The translations under genes and the position numbers were made by a program. Shown piece after piece: positions 25,090 through 37,639 of a DNA stretch of 64,000 bases. Every line of letters begins with the position of its first letter. Positions within the stretch are counted from its first letter, which is position 1. This stretch comes from Narcine bancroftii (lineage: Eukaryota): contig NC_091472.1 in the NCBI RefSeq assembly GCF_036971445.1, positions 248,124,001 through 248,188,000 of the forward strand. The letters run 5' to 3'. The notes beneath the pieces are model-generated. The model made no database searches. It was not told the origin of the DNA and was given only the letters and a program-made list of their open reading frames with translations.

Positions 25090-25568
25090 AATCCCTTAAG
25101 ATGAGAACTAGAGTCGGGTCAGGTCACTCGTCTGACCTGATGCATGGTCGGGTGGTCGGTGACTAAACTGGCTCCCCCACCAGGCTTGCCTGATGCGGAG
25201 GGTGGCTAGACCCACTGCAGGATGAGAGACAAGACCTGTAAAAGGGCAGATGAACCATCTTGTAGGGTCAACACCCATCTAGCAAACATGTGCCATGAAG
25301 CCCATGAAGTGCATCCCTTGCCTCGAAGCTTAGTCTGGCCATTTACTGCAACAGTACTTCCCCAAGCCGTCTTGGACCTCGCCATGCTGCTGGATCCAGA
25401 AAGGGATGCTGAGAGGGTAGGTATGGACCTGTGCAACCCCTTACTCATCTAAAATCCATTCACACACGGTTCCTTTCTGAGGAGAGGGGTATCCTCATAT
25501 CAAACCCTACAAACTGACTAAAAGGAATCATCATCATCCTTTGGGATGGATAGCTTGAGAGAGAGATA
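25090..25568 (+). mobile_element. Non-autonomous retroposon (SINE-like) with (GA)n tail
   Basis: Second, longer copy of the 18053-18308 element. Ends ggatagcttgagagagag. Confidence 0.7.
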
Positions 25569-26169
25569 GTCAGCATTGATTAAAATGAGAAAATACTTCT
25601 TGACCAAACTTATTTAATGTTTTCAGGAGGTAACAAAGAGAATAGATAGTGATAATGTGGGAAATGGCATTTATTGAGGTTTTTTTTTAAATGCCTTGAA
25701 AAGCGTACTCCTAACATACTAAAGACTAAATTCAAAGAATGCGGCCAAGCCATAAGAAGCAGAATAGTTTAGTAGAGTACATGGCTTCATGACTGAAAGC
25801 GGAGATGAAATAACAGGTCGTTTTTGACAGTGGAAGTTATTTTCCACTGAATTGGTTCCAAAACCACCTGTTGCTCACAATTTACATTTAAAGTCTGGAG
25901 CTAAACGCATTCTAAATTTGCCAGAAATTCCAAATTACAGGGTATGGGGTTAGTGGGAGGAATTGCCAATGAGGAGAGAGAGGATTGACACAAATTACAC
26001 AAGATTAAAATTGCAGAATGTGCAAAAAATATAGACAAATAAGATTCAACACAGATGAATGTGAGGTAGTAGATTTGTTGAGAAGACTGGGGTTCAGAGG
26101 TCAATTATTATGAAGGAAACTGGAAGTCTATTTGGACTATAGGAACTACAGGATCAATCTTAATGCAAA

Positions 26170-26665
26170 ATTCGAAGTTCAAGTTCAAAGTTTAGATTTA
26201 TTGTCAGAGTACATACATGACATTCCATACAACCCGAAGATTCTTTTTCCTACAGACAAGGCAGAGTTTTTATTTATTGGTAGTGCAAAAAAAACTATAT
26301 TTAAGAAAAAATGTTTTCAATAGAGAGAAATGTAGACAAGATAAAGAAATGTAAACAAACTTCAATACAGAATTTAGAATATAAATATTCAGTAATAAAT
26401 AATGTGCAATTAAGAGTCCTTAAGTGAATCTGATTCAATTTGTTGTTGAGGAATCTGAAGGTGGAGGGGCAGCAACTTTTCCTGAATCTGGTGGTTCAAG
26501 TTTTTAGCACCTATACCTCTTTTGTGATGGCAACAGAGATGACAGACCATGTTCTGGGAGGTGTGGATCCTTGATGATTGCTGCTGCGCTCCAAAGGCAG
26601 TGTTCCCTGTAGATATTCACCATGATGGGGAGAGATTTACCTGTGATGTACTGGACTGTCTAACA
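26170..26665 (-). mobile_element. Rex/Babar-type LINE 3' fragment
   Basis: (aagttc)n tail and gtggatccttgatgattgctgctgc (AAAIIKDPH on the minus strand). Confidence 0.85.
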
Positions 26666-27419
26666 GTCGCTAAAAGTTTTGCCATCGCTTGTATAGCCTT
26701 GAAGCAGAAAGCAAAAAAGCACGATGTTTCTTTTGAGATAGATCACACTGAAAGGCAGCAAAGTCTTCAAAAACTCAGATTGGTCGGTTATTAGGTACAT
26801 CACACAGTTTTGATGGTCGTAACAGGGATAAAATGAGGTTAGAGGGTGAAGAAAAATGTTAATAGGATTGCAGTAAAGGATAAACCACCTGGGTTTATTT
26901 TCCCCTGAGAAACAAAAGTTGGGGGAGGGTTAGGGGAAGAGACCTAATATGGATGTACACTGATGTAAGTTTTTTATTTGTGGTAATAAGGAAAATGTTT
27001 CCAATTGTACGGACAAGCATAACTGGAGGTCATCATTAAAAGAGAATCTCATTTGAAACTTTCATTTTTGCCTCAAATGTTGTGAGAATGTGGAACTTGC
27101 TGCACCACAGCTGACATTAATGATATCAATGCATTTAAAGGGTGACTGAACAAGCATATGAAGAAGAGAATAGAAAATTATCTCAATGGCTTTTGATGGG
27201 GTATCACAGGAAGGGCCTCAAATAAAACATAAATAGGGACATGAACCATATTTGGCCAAATGATGAATTCATTGTCATACACATAACTGCAATATATGTA
27301 TGTACCAAAGTTCTTACATGCTACAACTAAAAACACACCTCAAAAATGGAGTCTACATTAAATTAATCTATGGTAAGAGATAATTTACTGTATATAATAT
27401 GGATAGATGATAAATATTC

Positions 27420-28537
27420 TGTAATGTAGATAAAAATTGGGAGAAATTGGTAAAATTAGAATAAGTTACATACTTATACACATTTTAAAACAGATCTTAT
27501 TTCAAATCCTGAAGAATTCATATTCAGTGAACTTTACAGAAATTATGGAGAATGTTATGCACATTTCGCAAGTAGCTGCTAATTGAAATGATGTCATCAA
27601 ATGAATTGACTGGAGTCAGGTCATCCATGTTGAACATTTTTACAAGGTTTCTGACCTTTCTGCAAAGTGCACAGAAAGGTAACTCCTGAGAAGTTTGTTT
27701 ACCTAAGACAACAGATGAAAGCAAAAGACTAACTCCTATTGTTTGCTGGGGAAGGTNNNNNNNNNNNNNNNNNNNNNNNNNNNNNNNNNNNNNNNNNNNN
27801 NNNNNNNNNNNNNNNNNNNNNNNNNNNNNNNNNNNNNNNNNNNNNNNNNNNNNNNNNNNNNNNNNNNNNNNNNNNNNNNNNNNNNNNNNNNNNNNNNNNN
27901 NAGCCAATGTGTGTGTGACACTGAAAGACTGAACAGTCACAGCTGAAGCAAGCAGGAAGCTTGTTGGAATTGAAACAGAAAACTCCAGAATGGCGAATGG
28001 CTATCTGTCTGATGTTTCTCTTGGAATAAGTGGAACAGAAAGGAACTCTGTGTTAGCCTGAAAGAAAGAGGTTATCATCTGGAGAACCCTGATGGGGCAA
28101 GTTTCATCAGCAAGACATTGAGGTGACCAATGGTGGTACCTCAGTTGTAGAAATCTTGGAACAACAAATCTCTTTCTGCAAACCCTATGAGAACTTTCCT
28201 GAGTGGTAAACATTTACCTTTTGAGCACCAAAGCCTGGTGAACTTTATACATGTTAAATTCTATGCACAGTATAAGAATTGCCTACAACCAGAGAATTTA
28301 AAAATGGGAGATTGAAGTTGAACCAAAGAACTTTTCTTAAATTTACACACACATCATACACATGCGCTTAGAATTAGAAGGGGGTTAATTTGGGTTAGTT
28401 AAGTTAATAGAGATAAGTTAAAGTTTCATTCTGTTTTCATGTTTAAAGATAATTAAAATCAACTTTTGTTTAAGTAACAACTTGTCTTGGGGAATATCTA
28501 TTGCTGCTGGGTTTTGGGGTCCTTTGTGCTCATAACA
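27420..28537 (+). mobile_element. Solo LTR (family A, Gypsy-like)
   Basis: Starts tgtaatg and ends cataaca. Perfect 4-bp TSD attc (27416-27419 / 28538-28541). Strongly homologous to 35605-36626. Contains an N-gap. Confidence 0.85.
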
Positions 28538-29199
28538 ATTCACATTTACAGTTAATACAAGAGAAAATAAATTGATATTTCAATAGTACAGACAGATCTT
28601 TTGTGTTGTCAGGGTTGTTTATGATAAGGGACTATTTCTGTCCTGTGTCTCATTATCCCTATATATCTAAGAGCACAGTGCACAGGGGCCAGCAATGTGA
28701 CACTGAAGAGTCTGCACTATAACATCAGTGCATCTGTTCCCCCAGTTTTCAGCGCTCATGGTGATAGAAAATGTATCACTGCTTTTCCCTTCACTGGCTG
28801 CCTTCTATAATACAAAAGATATCCCATGTGCACACTGCAATCGCTTGCTCCTTGAACAGCCTCCAAGTGGCATGAATCCATTCACTACATAGAATTTGAT
28901 TGGGACAGACCATGGAAAGGTGTGTATCCAACCATGGAGAAGAGCTCTATATCTGCACACACCTGAGTTTTCTATTATCTCGATGGGACCCTTTTATACA
29001 ATTGCTCTGCAGTTGGCAAGAAGAGATTTTCCAGCCATTTTCAGTGCAACAGGAGAGGTGGGTCAGTTCTGAAATCTTCATGCAGTTCTTAGCAAGAGGC
29101 ACACAAGGCTCCGTTTAGACTTATTCATTCTGCAAAGCACCACACAAAGTCTTTCAAAAAATTTAATTCATTCCAATGGCATATGATTGATGCATCAAA

Positions 29200-29603
29200 T
29201 ATATATTCCATTGGAAAAAATAACATATAATTTAAGACATAACATCACAGTATTCAAACAAATTTGGGAACCGTACATGGAACACAACAGAGAAGTCCTA
29301 TCGCGGACCTCCACCACCTAAAACGACAGAAGGAGAAGAAGACGAAATGAACTGATCCAGTATGTAAAAGTATATAACACAAATTTCTTGTTTATTTTCA
29401 TCGTGTGATGACATTGTTTAATGGGTTTAATGTATCATATATGTTGAACGTTTAGTGGGTGGGGAGAGGGGGTGAAGGAGGGAGGGAAGGGAGGGGGGGA
29501 AAGGGGAGAAAATGACACTGTGTATATTCAAGAGGGAAATGTTTGTATGTATTTTGGTCAGTATGGTTCATAATGTGAAATTTTTTTTAATTTTTTTTTA
29601 AAA
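29200..29603 (+). mobile_element. L1/Tx1 3' end
   Basis: Homologous to 49845-50243 (ttggaaaaaataacatataattt; caaatttgggaaccgt; G-rich 3'UTR). Confidence 0.85.
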
Positions 29604-30419
29604 GTGGGTGAAATATAATTCCTTGGCATTTATATTTTACCAAGATCAACGATAATGAGAAGAGGTAGTGTTTGTCTGAATCATTGCAATGCAGTACAGA
29701 ATATTCTGCACATATCTCCAAAGATCCTGGTCTCATTGCAAGATTCCCAATCATATATGATGGGTGCTATATATAGTGGTGTAGGTTGTCCTAAGAGTTT
29801 CAAGAAGTAATCATTCCAGATCTGCACTCTGGGACATTTTTAAGGCTGTGTTCCTCCTTTTTGCCCTGGCACTTGAATTATTATAAACTTTTGTACCAAT
29901 TGCTCCATTTTAAATATTTCTCTTTGGCACAATAACTGGCAACAAAAGGTTTTCTTTTCATGTGTTTTGAAGAAGAGGAAAGCCAAATAGCTCATGTTCT
30001 CCATGCCAATTTTCTGGTGCCTACATCCCATGATTAGCCTGGCTGTTGGTTAGAATGTACTGAAGCTCCTATTCCCAAGTTAAGACAAATGAATCCAAAA
30101 GATAATGATAATGATATTCCCTCACTGGCTCTCTGTGGTAGAGGCATGCCTGACTAATCTGGACACCATAACACACAGAGTCACATCGACTCCTATTGTA
30201 TCTACAGCTGCTCTCATCCAATAGGAGGCTGCAAAATGTATTTTTCAGGACCAGTACATCAGAAAATAGGATGCAGATCATGCTGATTATATAATGGACA
30301 TGAAGTCACCAAGAAACATTTGGACTGGATGCTCATGGGCCTTATCAGTTCTGCGAGCAGAAGCTTGCCTTTACACTTCTGCAAGAGATTGCATTGCTCA
30401 ATCTTCTCAGCTTTTTTTA

Positions 30420-30665
30420 ATCATCTACCCTCCCATCTGTATCCATCTATGACCTCTTATCTGTTGGCCTGTACTCCTCCCTTGCCCCTTCCTACCTTCT
30501 CTCCTCTCCTGCCATCCCTTGCACCTTTCCCCACCTTTTTCTTTAGGCACCTGCCTGTTTATGCTTATACCTTGGTGAAAGCTCCAGACCCAAAACCCTT
30601 TATGTCCTATGGATGCTGCATGAAGCTGCTGAGTTTTTCAATACTTTTGTTTGTTGCACTCAACT
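30420..30665 (+). mobile_element. Penelope-like pLTR remnant
   Basis: Pyrimidine tract, then ggcacctgcctg, a decayed hammerhead region and atggatgctgc...gctgagtttttc. Confidence 0.6.
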
Positions 30666-33138
30666 TCTATGTCATGTTTAGTGCTTCAGAACCATCACAA
30701 AATTCAGCGCCATTATGAAGAGGCACAAATATTGCAATACTCCATTACACACTAGATTTCATTGCCTCTAAATCTTTCCCTTTATTGATTAGTCTGAGAA
30801 AATTATGCAAGCAAAACATTTCCAGCCGTGTCAGTTCAAGACACAGTGTGACGTTTCCAATGTTTTGATTGCTTCCTGCTTTAGTAATAAATCTGTTTTT
30901 ATTTAAATTGGAAATTATGACCACTTTAAACAGGATCACTAATACAGTAAAAGTCCTAAAATCCAGACTGGCTAGGGATTGGGGGTTGGTCCAGATAAGG
31001 AGAATAAACAAATAAATTTTGACAGTTTATTAATGAAACATTTTTCATATAAAATACAAAGTACAAAATAAACAAATAAATATCTTTTTTCTTACATTTC
31101 AGCATCTTCCATGTGGTCACTTATTTCTGCTGTGTACCTGTGGCACTTACATGTGCACACTCAGACACAGATATGCACGTAAAAGCTAAGAGTTTTCAAA
31201 AAGTCCAGCTTCTTGGGTGGTCTGGATTTCTGACATCTAGATTTTGGACTTTCACTGTACAAGGGATATGGCCAAACACAGGCAAATGGGACTAGCTTGG
31301 ATAGACAACTTAGTCAAAGGCCACATTTCCTGGCTGTAAAGCTCTATGACTCCTAAAATAAATCGATAAGCTTAGCTGTACTTGCTCCAGGAAAAAAATA
31401 TTTCCATTATAAGGGTGTCAAAATTCTACTGAATATCACCTGGAGTGGTTGAATTGGTTCGAATATCACATGCAGATGTCACACCTGTTGCCATTTTGGG
31501 ACGGTTTAAAACACTGGAAGTATACTGTCCTTTTACACTCTGGAAGTATGTCTGAGTGTACTGAAGTATTATTCTCTGCCCAACACTGATATGATGTCTG
31601 GACTATTGAATGGGAATTCAATGCAGGGAGAATACATCATATAGATCAGAAAGCCCAACTGCAGATCTGGTCTATTGATAGTTGCTGGTAGTCTGTGAGA
31701 AATTGTGTAGTGATAAGGTATTATTTTGTGCTTTTGGAATTTCTGCCAGTTTATGAGGTCCACAAGGACTGATGTCACCCCTATTACTGCCAAAGAACTA
31801 GATGGAGAAATCCTTTCATAGGCACCTCAACAAGGAGTAACACATGACAAGACTTCACATTGGTATTGATTGGGTATAATGTAGCTGAGACTACTGGCAG
31901 AGAACATCACCACAGCAGCTTTGCTTATGGCTATCATGTTTTCCTTTCCAGCTCTTTCCCTGCTGGATCCAAGCTAACTACAAGATTTGACAATCAGTAA
32001 TTATTTCACTTGAAGGGTGATCTTGGCCAATCTTTGATCCAGGAAGGAATGTTTCCATATTCTCTCTTGCAATAGAGTAGACTCTATTAAGAATATTTGG
32101 ATTCATGAGTATTGAAAGCTTCCCGATACAGCAAGGTGACTTGTGTTGCTATGCATCCAGTCCATATACATTCACAATCGTGTCACAGAGTGCATATGAC
32201 CATACTCAGCACATTGGAATATTTATTCACCAATATTCAAGAGGCAATCACAACAACAAATCCAGATAAAACATCAATGCATTCCTTTGGAGAATTTTGC
32301 TGCACGCAACAAAATATCTTCTGCTTTACAGCAAGCTCCAGAAGTATTGTGAGAAAGTGGAGAGGATAGAGGATGGGGTAAGGAGATAGAAAGAGAAAGA
32401 TGGAGGAAGCTGGTGAATTAAATGGGCTGTGGTTAAGAGACAAAGAAAGACAAGAGAGAAAGAAAAAAAGGAGTGAGAAGTAGGGCTAGATCAGAAAAAT
32501 GGAAGAGCAGGAGGAAAATGAAACAGGAGGTAGAAAAGAGAATGAGCATACATGTACTTGGAGCATGGCCTTAGCATTGCCAAGTACACAGTCACCATTG
32601 ATCAAAGTGCAATTTAATGAACAAACTCCCTTTACATAAGTTATTAATTGCCCTGTTGCAGAAAACTAGTGATCTTAAGTGAAGAAGGGCTTTGGAAGAT
32701 GATTCCACCGCCCTTGGCCAAAAGGTTTAATGTCAGACAGCAGCCATCTGGAATGGTTACTGCCTGAGCTGTCTGGTTGATGGCCAACAACAAGGCCACT
32801 GGTGGGATCACACAGGGTGGCACTAAATAGAGAGAATAGGTTCATGCTTCACAGGGTCACTGGCACACACATATCCAGGGCAGCCTCATGACAAACATGA
32901 AAGCAGGAGACAGTCCACTGCTGAAACACCCATCAAGGATGACACCAATGGAATCTGTGACTCCCCATTTCAGAATCATGAAACTGATTACTATTTTCAT
33001 GCTGGAAATAATGGATTCTACATGCTACAAAAAAACCCATGTTAGGTAGATGTTGGACTTCCCATGCTCCTTGACTTTACATGTATGCTTTCTGGCAGGT
33101 CTCTCAAAGCATGAAGAATCATCCTGTAGGCATTAACT

Positions 33139-33365
33139 GGCACAGTTGGCATAGCAGTTAGCACAATGCCTTTACAGCACCAGTGATCAGGACCGGAATT
33201 CGAATCCCGCACTGTCTGTAAGGAGTCTGTACATTCTCCCCGTGTCTGCGTGGGTTTTACAAGGTGCTCTAATTTCCTCCCACCATTCAAAAACGTACTG
33301 GAGATGTAGATCATTCAGGTGTAATTGGGTGGCATGGGCTCATAGGCCAAAACTTAAATATAATT
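33139..33365 (+). mobile_element. tRNA-derived V-SINE (HE1-like), full length
   Basis: A-box-like tggcatagcagttag, B-box-like attcgaatccc, and V-domain tctgtaaggagtctgtacattctcccgtgtctgcgtggg. Confidence 0.9.
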
Positions 33366-33719
33366 TAAGGTTTCTCCAATTTCCTATGTGATACAGCAAA
33401 TCTGAAATTATCTTTGTACTCAACAAGTTGTCTATTAGAATCCCTGTTTTTTTTTATGGAAGCAAACCTTTTTTTTTAATTGTTGGCCAGTGTTATTATG
33501 CACTGTGTATTGTGAGTGTGTATTTGTGTACATTATGGTCCCAAGAAGCACTGTTTTGTCTAGCAGTATATGTACAGACAGATGATAATAAACTTGAATT
33601 TGAATGCTGGCAGTGTGTGCAGACTGCAAGATGTGGGTTTAAGGTGGGGACATACAAATGTCAGATTTAATTCCTGATATGGATTGCTAATTAGTGAGCA
33701 ATTGGGTCATAGCATTTCA

Positions 33720-34060
33720 AGCAGAGTCTGAGGCCAGTGTGGCAGTCAGTGGGGTAGTCATTCACTAACCCTGACCATTCCTGTCAACCTTTTGAATCTT
33801 GAGCAAAAAAACTCTTTATATTGGTATGCACCAGCATGCATTGTAAGGACAATCTGTCAAAGAAATCTTTAGCGGTGGAATTTGTCTCCATTACTCCAAA
33901 CACTCTATCCAGGTGCCACAGTGAAGTTTTGAACTATCAGAATCTGTCATGGGTGGCTCCAGGCATCTGCTGAAATGGCAGTGGGAGGAGACTGAGGAAC
34001 TTCATTCACAATTGTGCTGTCACTAACATTATCACTGTAATTTCAAAACTTCCTTGGGGC
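33720..34060 (-). mobile_element. Decayed PIF/Harbinger transposase fragment
   Basis: Minus strand PGATHDRF (cf. PGSTHDSFI), followed by GDK...KRFL (cf. GDKGYPLKRWL). Confidence 0.4.
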
Positions 34061-35026
34061 CAGTCTTTAGCTTGTGACATTGATAAATATACAAGTAGTG
34101 TTTTGCACCAGGTGTAGGTCCTGTTGAAGGGTTAGCACCTCTGTCAATGCCAAGAAACTGCTGTCACTGCAATGAGGAGCTGGCTTGCCAAGCCAAATCA
34201 TGTTGGCTGAAATAAGAGCAAGGGGAAAAACGGACAGATGCTCATAAGCATTAGGTTCAGGTGGCATTGACAAGCTGCCATGAAACTTCTTTCTGATTTT
34301 ATGAACATATTCACAAAATAACAAACAGACCTCATTCCCATATATACTTGTTTTTTTTTTGGCTGCAAGAGATGAAGGTCATTTCTTTTGGTTGGTGTCA
34401 TTAATGCCAGTGATATCTCTGGAGATGTTGCCTTGGTGTTAGGTTCAATATTAATGTTGATGATATTGTTTGCCTTAACTTTGAGATTCCTGACTATTTG
34501 CCGCAGGAGATATTTCAGCATTAATTTATTTTCAGCTGTTACTGTGAAGTTAAATTTAACATAAAAATTCACGCAACGGGCAACTGTGAGTGTGAAGTCA
34601 AACCAGTAGATAGCAACAAATGAAGTCAAAATGGGCTTTGAACACAGTCAGATGGTGACAGCAGGGCTTATCTCTGGATTGTGGTGAAACATATGAGGAT
34701 CAAACTTTCTAGGTCTTGTGTATGAAGTGTGTTAATATTATTAGCATGTGATCAAAGAAATTCAAAAGAGATGGAAAATTTTAGTACTCAGCTTATTAGA
34801 CAGCATTGACGAGAAAGAGGCAGAGAGACTGAATGAGAGTATTGTCTTAAGTACAATATAGTGATGCAATGAAATTGCTGCAGCTTTGCAGTTATGTAAA
34901 ACACACAAACAAACAATTCAGTATGATTAAGATGCTTTGAAGAGAAAAAGATAATAAAGAGAAAATAAATAAATAATAAATATTCACAGTCGGGTAGAGT
35001 TAAAACACAAAAATGACAGAGGAACC

Positions 35027-35276
35027 TGTGGTGAAACCATTATTCTATATATTTACCATATGTAAATGTCATGACCTTTCCTGGTTGACCCTGCTGTCAT
35101 TGGCTGGCTCTGACTCCTTCCCCTTTCTTCCCCATAAAGGCTGTCATGCCACAAGCCTGCCCTTAGTTCAAGTCCGGGTCAGTGTGAGCGACCAACACAG
35201 GGATGTTGTCCATCTCTTGTAAATAAAAGTCTTCAGTCTCAGCAACTTCAGTCTTTGTGTAATTGATCATGCATCA
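35027..35276 (+). mobile_element. Short solo LTR (250 bp, family C) inserted in a Penelope remnant
   Basis: TG...CA ends (tgtggtg / gcatca), cataaa box and aataaa. 5-bp TSD gaacc/gaact splits the host ggaactcagcaggtc. Confidence 0.8.
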
Positions 35277-35604
35277 GAACTCAGCAGGTCTTGCAGAGGA
35301 GGTTGGGTAGTCATATGAAACAGTGTCCTGTCGGTGGTACAGACAGACCTTTGATGGTCTTGTAGTAATGTTGTGGTTCAGGTGATATGTGGAGGTTCAA
35401 GAGCCTGATAGCTCCGGGTATGGAAATTTTCCTGAATCTAGAAGTACACAATTTTGGCTTCTGAAGCATGGATTGTGGAGGGTCATGTGGCCTCTCCATC
35501 TGGAACCTGGTGGGAATGTGGTTTGTGGAAGGTCAAGTGACCTCTCCTTCTGGAATCTAGTCAGAAGTCACATCACCTGCCAATCAAGGTTGGACTCTGC
35601 CTAA

Positions 35605-35921
35605 TGTGATGGAATATTTGGGAATGTTTTTGGGAGATAAATTGGCAAAATGAGAGTAGGTTACAGACACACACTTTAAAACAGATCTTATTTGAAATAT
35701 TGGAGAATTCATATCCACAGTACTTTGAAGAGGAACTATGAGCCAGGTTGTCTGTTTTGGACCTTTTTGCAAGGCTTTTGACCACTCTGCAAAGTAATTG
35801 AGAGGTTATTGTTTACCTAAAACAACAGGACCAAAAGATGAACTCCTATTGTTTGCTGGAGTAGATGAGGGGTTTTGCAAGTGAGAGAGAGAAGGACATG
35901 CTGCCTGGCAGATTGAATCTC

Positions 35922-35984
<63 letters not shown>

Positions 35985-36626
35985 AGGGAATCTTGGACTG
36001 TGTGTGACACAGAAAGCTGTAACAAGCCAGGAGAAGCTTGTTGGAACTGAAACAGAAGATCCAGAGTGGCGGATGGCTGAAAGTGCTATCTGTCTGATTG
36101 GAATAAGCAGAACAGAAAGGAATTCTGTGGGGGTAGCCTGAAAGAAAGAGGTTATCATCTGGAGAACCCTGATGGGGCAAGTTTCAACAACAAGACATTG
36201 AGGTGACTAATGGTGGTTCCTCAGTTGTAGAAATCCTGGAACTACACATCTCTCTCTGCAAATCTACAAGAACCTTCCTGAGTGGTAACCATTTACCCTT
36301 CAAACACCAAAGCTTGGTGAACTTTATACATGTTAACTCCTGTGCTCAGTATAAGAATTGCCTGCAACCAGAGAACTTGGAAGAATGAGAAGTGAGATTG
36401 AACTGTGAACCAAAGAACTTTTCTTAAATTTGCACAAACATTACATACACGTGCGCTTAGAATTAGAAAGGGGTTAAGTTAGATGAGTTAAGTTAATAGT
36501 GATAAGTTAAAGTTTGATTCTGTTTTCATGTTTAAAGATAATTAAAAACAACTTTTGTTTAAGTAACTATTTGTTGCGTTGAATATCTATTGCTGCTGGG
36601 TTTTGGGGTCCTCTGGGCTCGTAACA
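35605..36626 (+). mobile_element. Solo LTR (family A, Gypsy-like)
   Basis: Starts tgtgatg and ends cgtaaca. TSD ctaa/ctac. Paralogous to 27420-28537. Internal (GACA)n. Confidence 0.85.
35931..35983. repeat. (GACA)n microsatellite
   Basis: Direct reading, about 13 units. Confidence 0.95.
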
Positions 36627-37008
36627 CTACCCATTAGTACACACCTGACTATGATCCTCTTTAATCACTTAGTGATTACCTGGGCCAGACCCTCCAGCCT
36701 ACAGCACTATAAAGTCAACCACATGTAGTAGCTCTTTATTTTTTGCTCTTCAGCCCTGAGACAAATTTGCTGTGGAAAATGCTGGAGGAGTCGCTAGATG
36801 GTGTGCACCACATAGGGATCAGGCTATTGTATACTGTTGAAGTTGTAGATAGTATCTGTGGTGTGCCCATGTGAGACAAGGAATGGTAGTTATAATCCTT
36901 GGTTGTGGTAAGATTGTATAGCTTTTACTACTATTGGTAGTGTTAAATCCTATGGGACTTGGTTGTACTGTGCTTGGAGAGTGCAAGTAGTTGTTGTATC
37001 GGTTGGGA

Positions 37009-37126
37009 GATATGACTGGTTGCACAGTGTTATGTGATTGAGAATACTTGCATGTGTTAACCCTCTTGATATGACTGGTTGCACAGTATTATGTGATTGA
37101 GAATACTTGCATGTGTTAACCCTCTT
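37009..37126. repeat. 59-bp tandem duplication
   Basis: gatatgactggttgcacagt...gttaaccctctt occurs twice with 1 mismatch. Confidence 0.95.
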
Positions 37127-37353
37127 GCAATCCACTTTCTGTGTTTCAATAAAGACTATTTCTGCATTCAGCCTGAGTCGAAACCCGCTATTCTTTGAAC
37201 CCACCAAACTTTTCTCTTCCCACACTACATTTGCTGTTGCAAGCAGGTTTCAAGAAGTTTGGACTGGACCTGTGTGGTCATGAAGTTTTTGGATAATACT
37301 AACCAATTTATCCTTTCCCTGTACACATCACATGCATGCAGATTCCCTGTTTT

Positions 37354-37356
<3 letters not shown>

Positions 37357-37434
<78 letters not shown>
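37357..37434. repeat. (TG)39 microsatellite
   Basis: Direct reading. Confidence 0.97.
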
Positions 37435-37435
<1 letters not shown>

Positions 37436-37565
37436 ACCCTTACTGAGAAATGGTAAGGTGGAGTGGCCAGTCTCCTGGCTGTGAAATGAGCACCAAGAAG
37501 GGGGTTGTTTGTAGTATACAAACTCAGAGATGTGCAGTTAATGGGAGAAGTGGAATAGGAATGAC

Positions 37566-37571
<6 letters not shown>

Positions 37572-37620
<49 letters not shown>
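37572..37620. repeat. (CA)~24 microsatellite
   Basis: Direct reading. Confidence 0.97.
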
Positions 37621-37624
<4 letters not shown>

Positions 37625-37639
37625 GAGTTTCCTTCATTC

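Larger units (their letters stand above)
24010..27300 (+). mobile_element. Old CR1 LINE, fragmented by RTE, SINE and Rex insertions
   Basis: KSP-PDG-like ataaaatccctgatccagatgg at about 24047, SCLTNL-like at about 25600, FN..KCEV-like at about 26045, and a 3' region near 27070 (gttgtgagaatgtggaac). Confidence 0.55.
35462..37229 (+). mobile_element. LTR (family B) interrupted by a family A solo LTR
   Basis: Homologous to 38623-39263 and 12223-13023. Ends aataaa...cccacactaca. The host sequence rejoins across 35604/36627 (ggactctgccta|ccattagtacacacc). Confidence 0.75.

Noticed and set aside
31410-31960. Possible old DNA transposon end and coding remnant
   Set aside because: No TIR pair, TSD or convincing motif could be established.
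33139-33215. tRNA gene
   Set aside because: The A/B-box head runs directly into the V-SINE body, so it is a SINE, not a tRNA.
34400-34560. Transmembrane-like frame VALVLGSILMLMILFALTLRFLTICRRR and the overlapping 143-aa minus ORF
   Set aside because: No convincing splice sites or start codon. T-rich composition can produce hydrophobic frames by chance.
27420-36626. Two family A LTRs as the ends of one 9-kb provirus
   Set aside because: Each has its own TSD (attc; ctaa/ctac), and the interval has no gag/pol, so they are independent solo LTRs.
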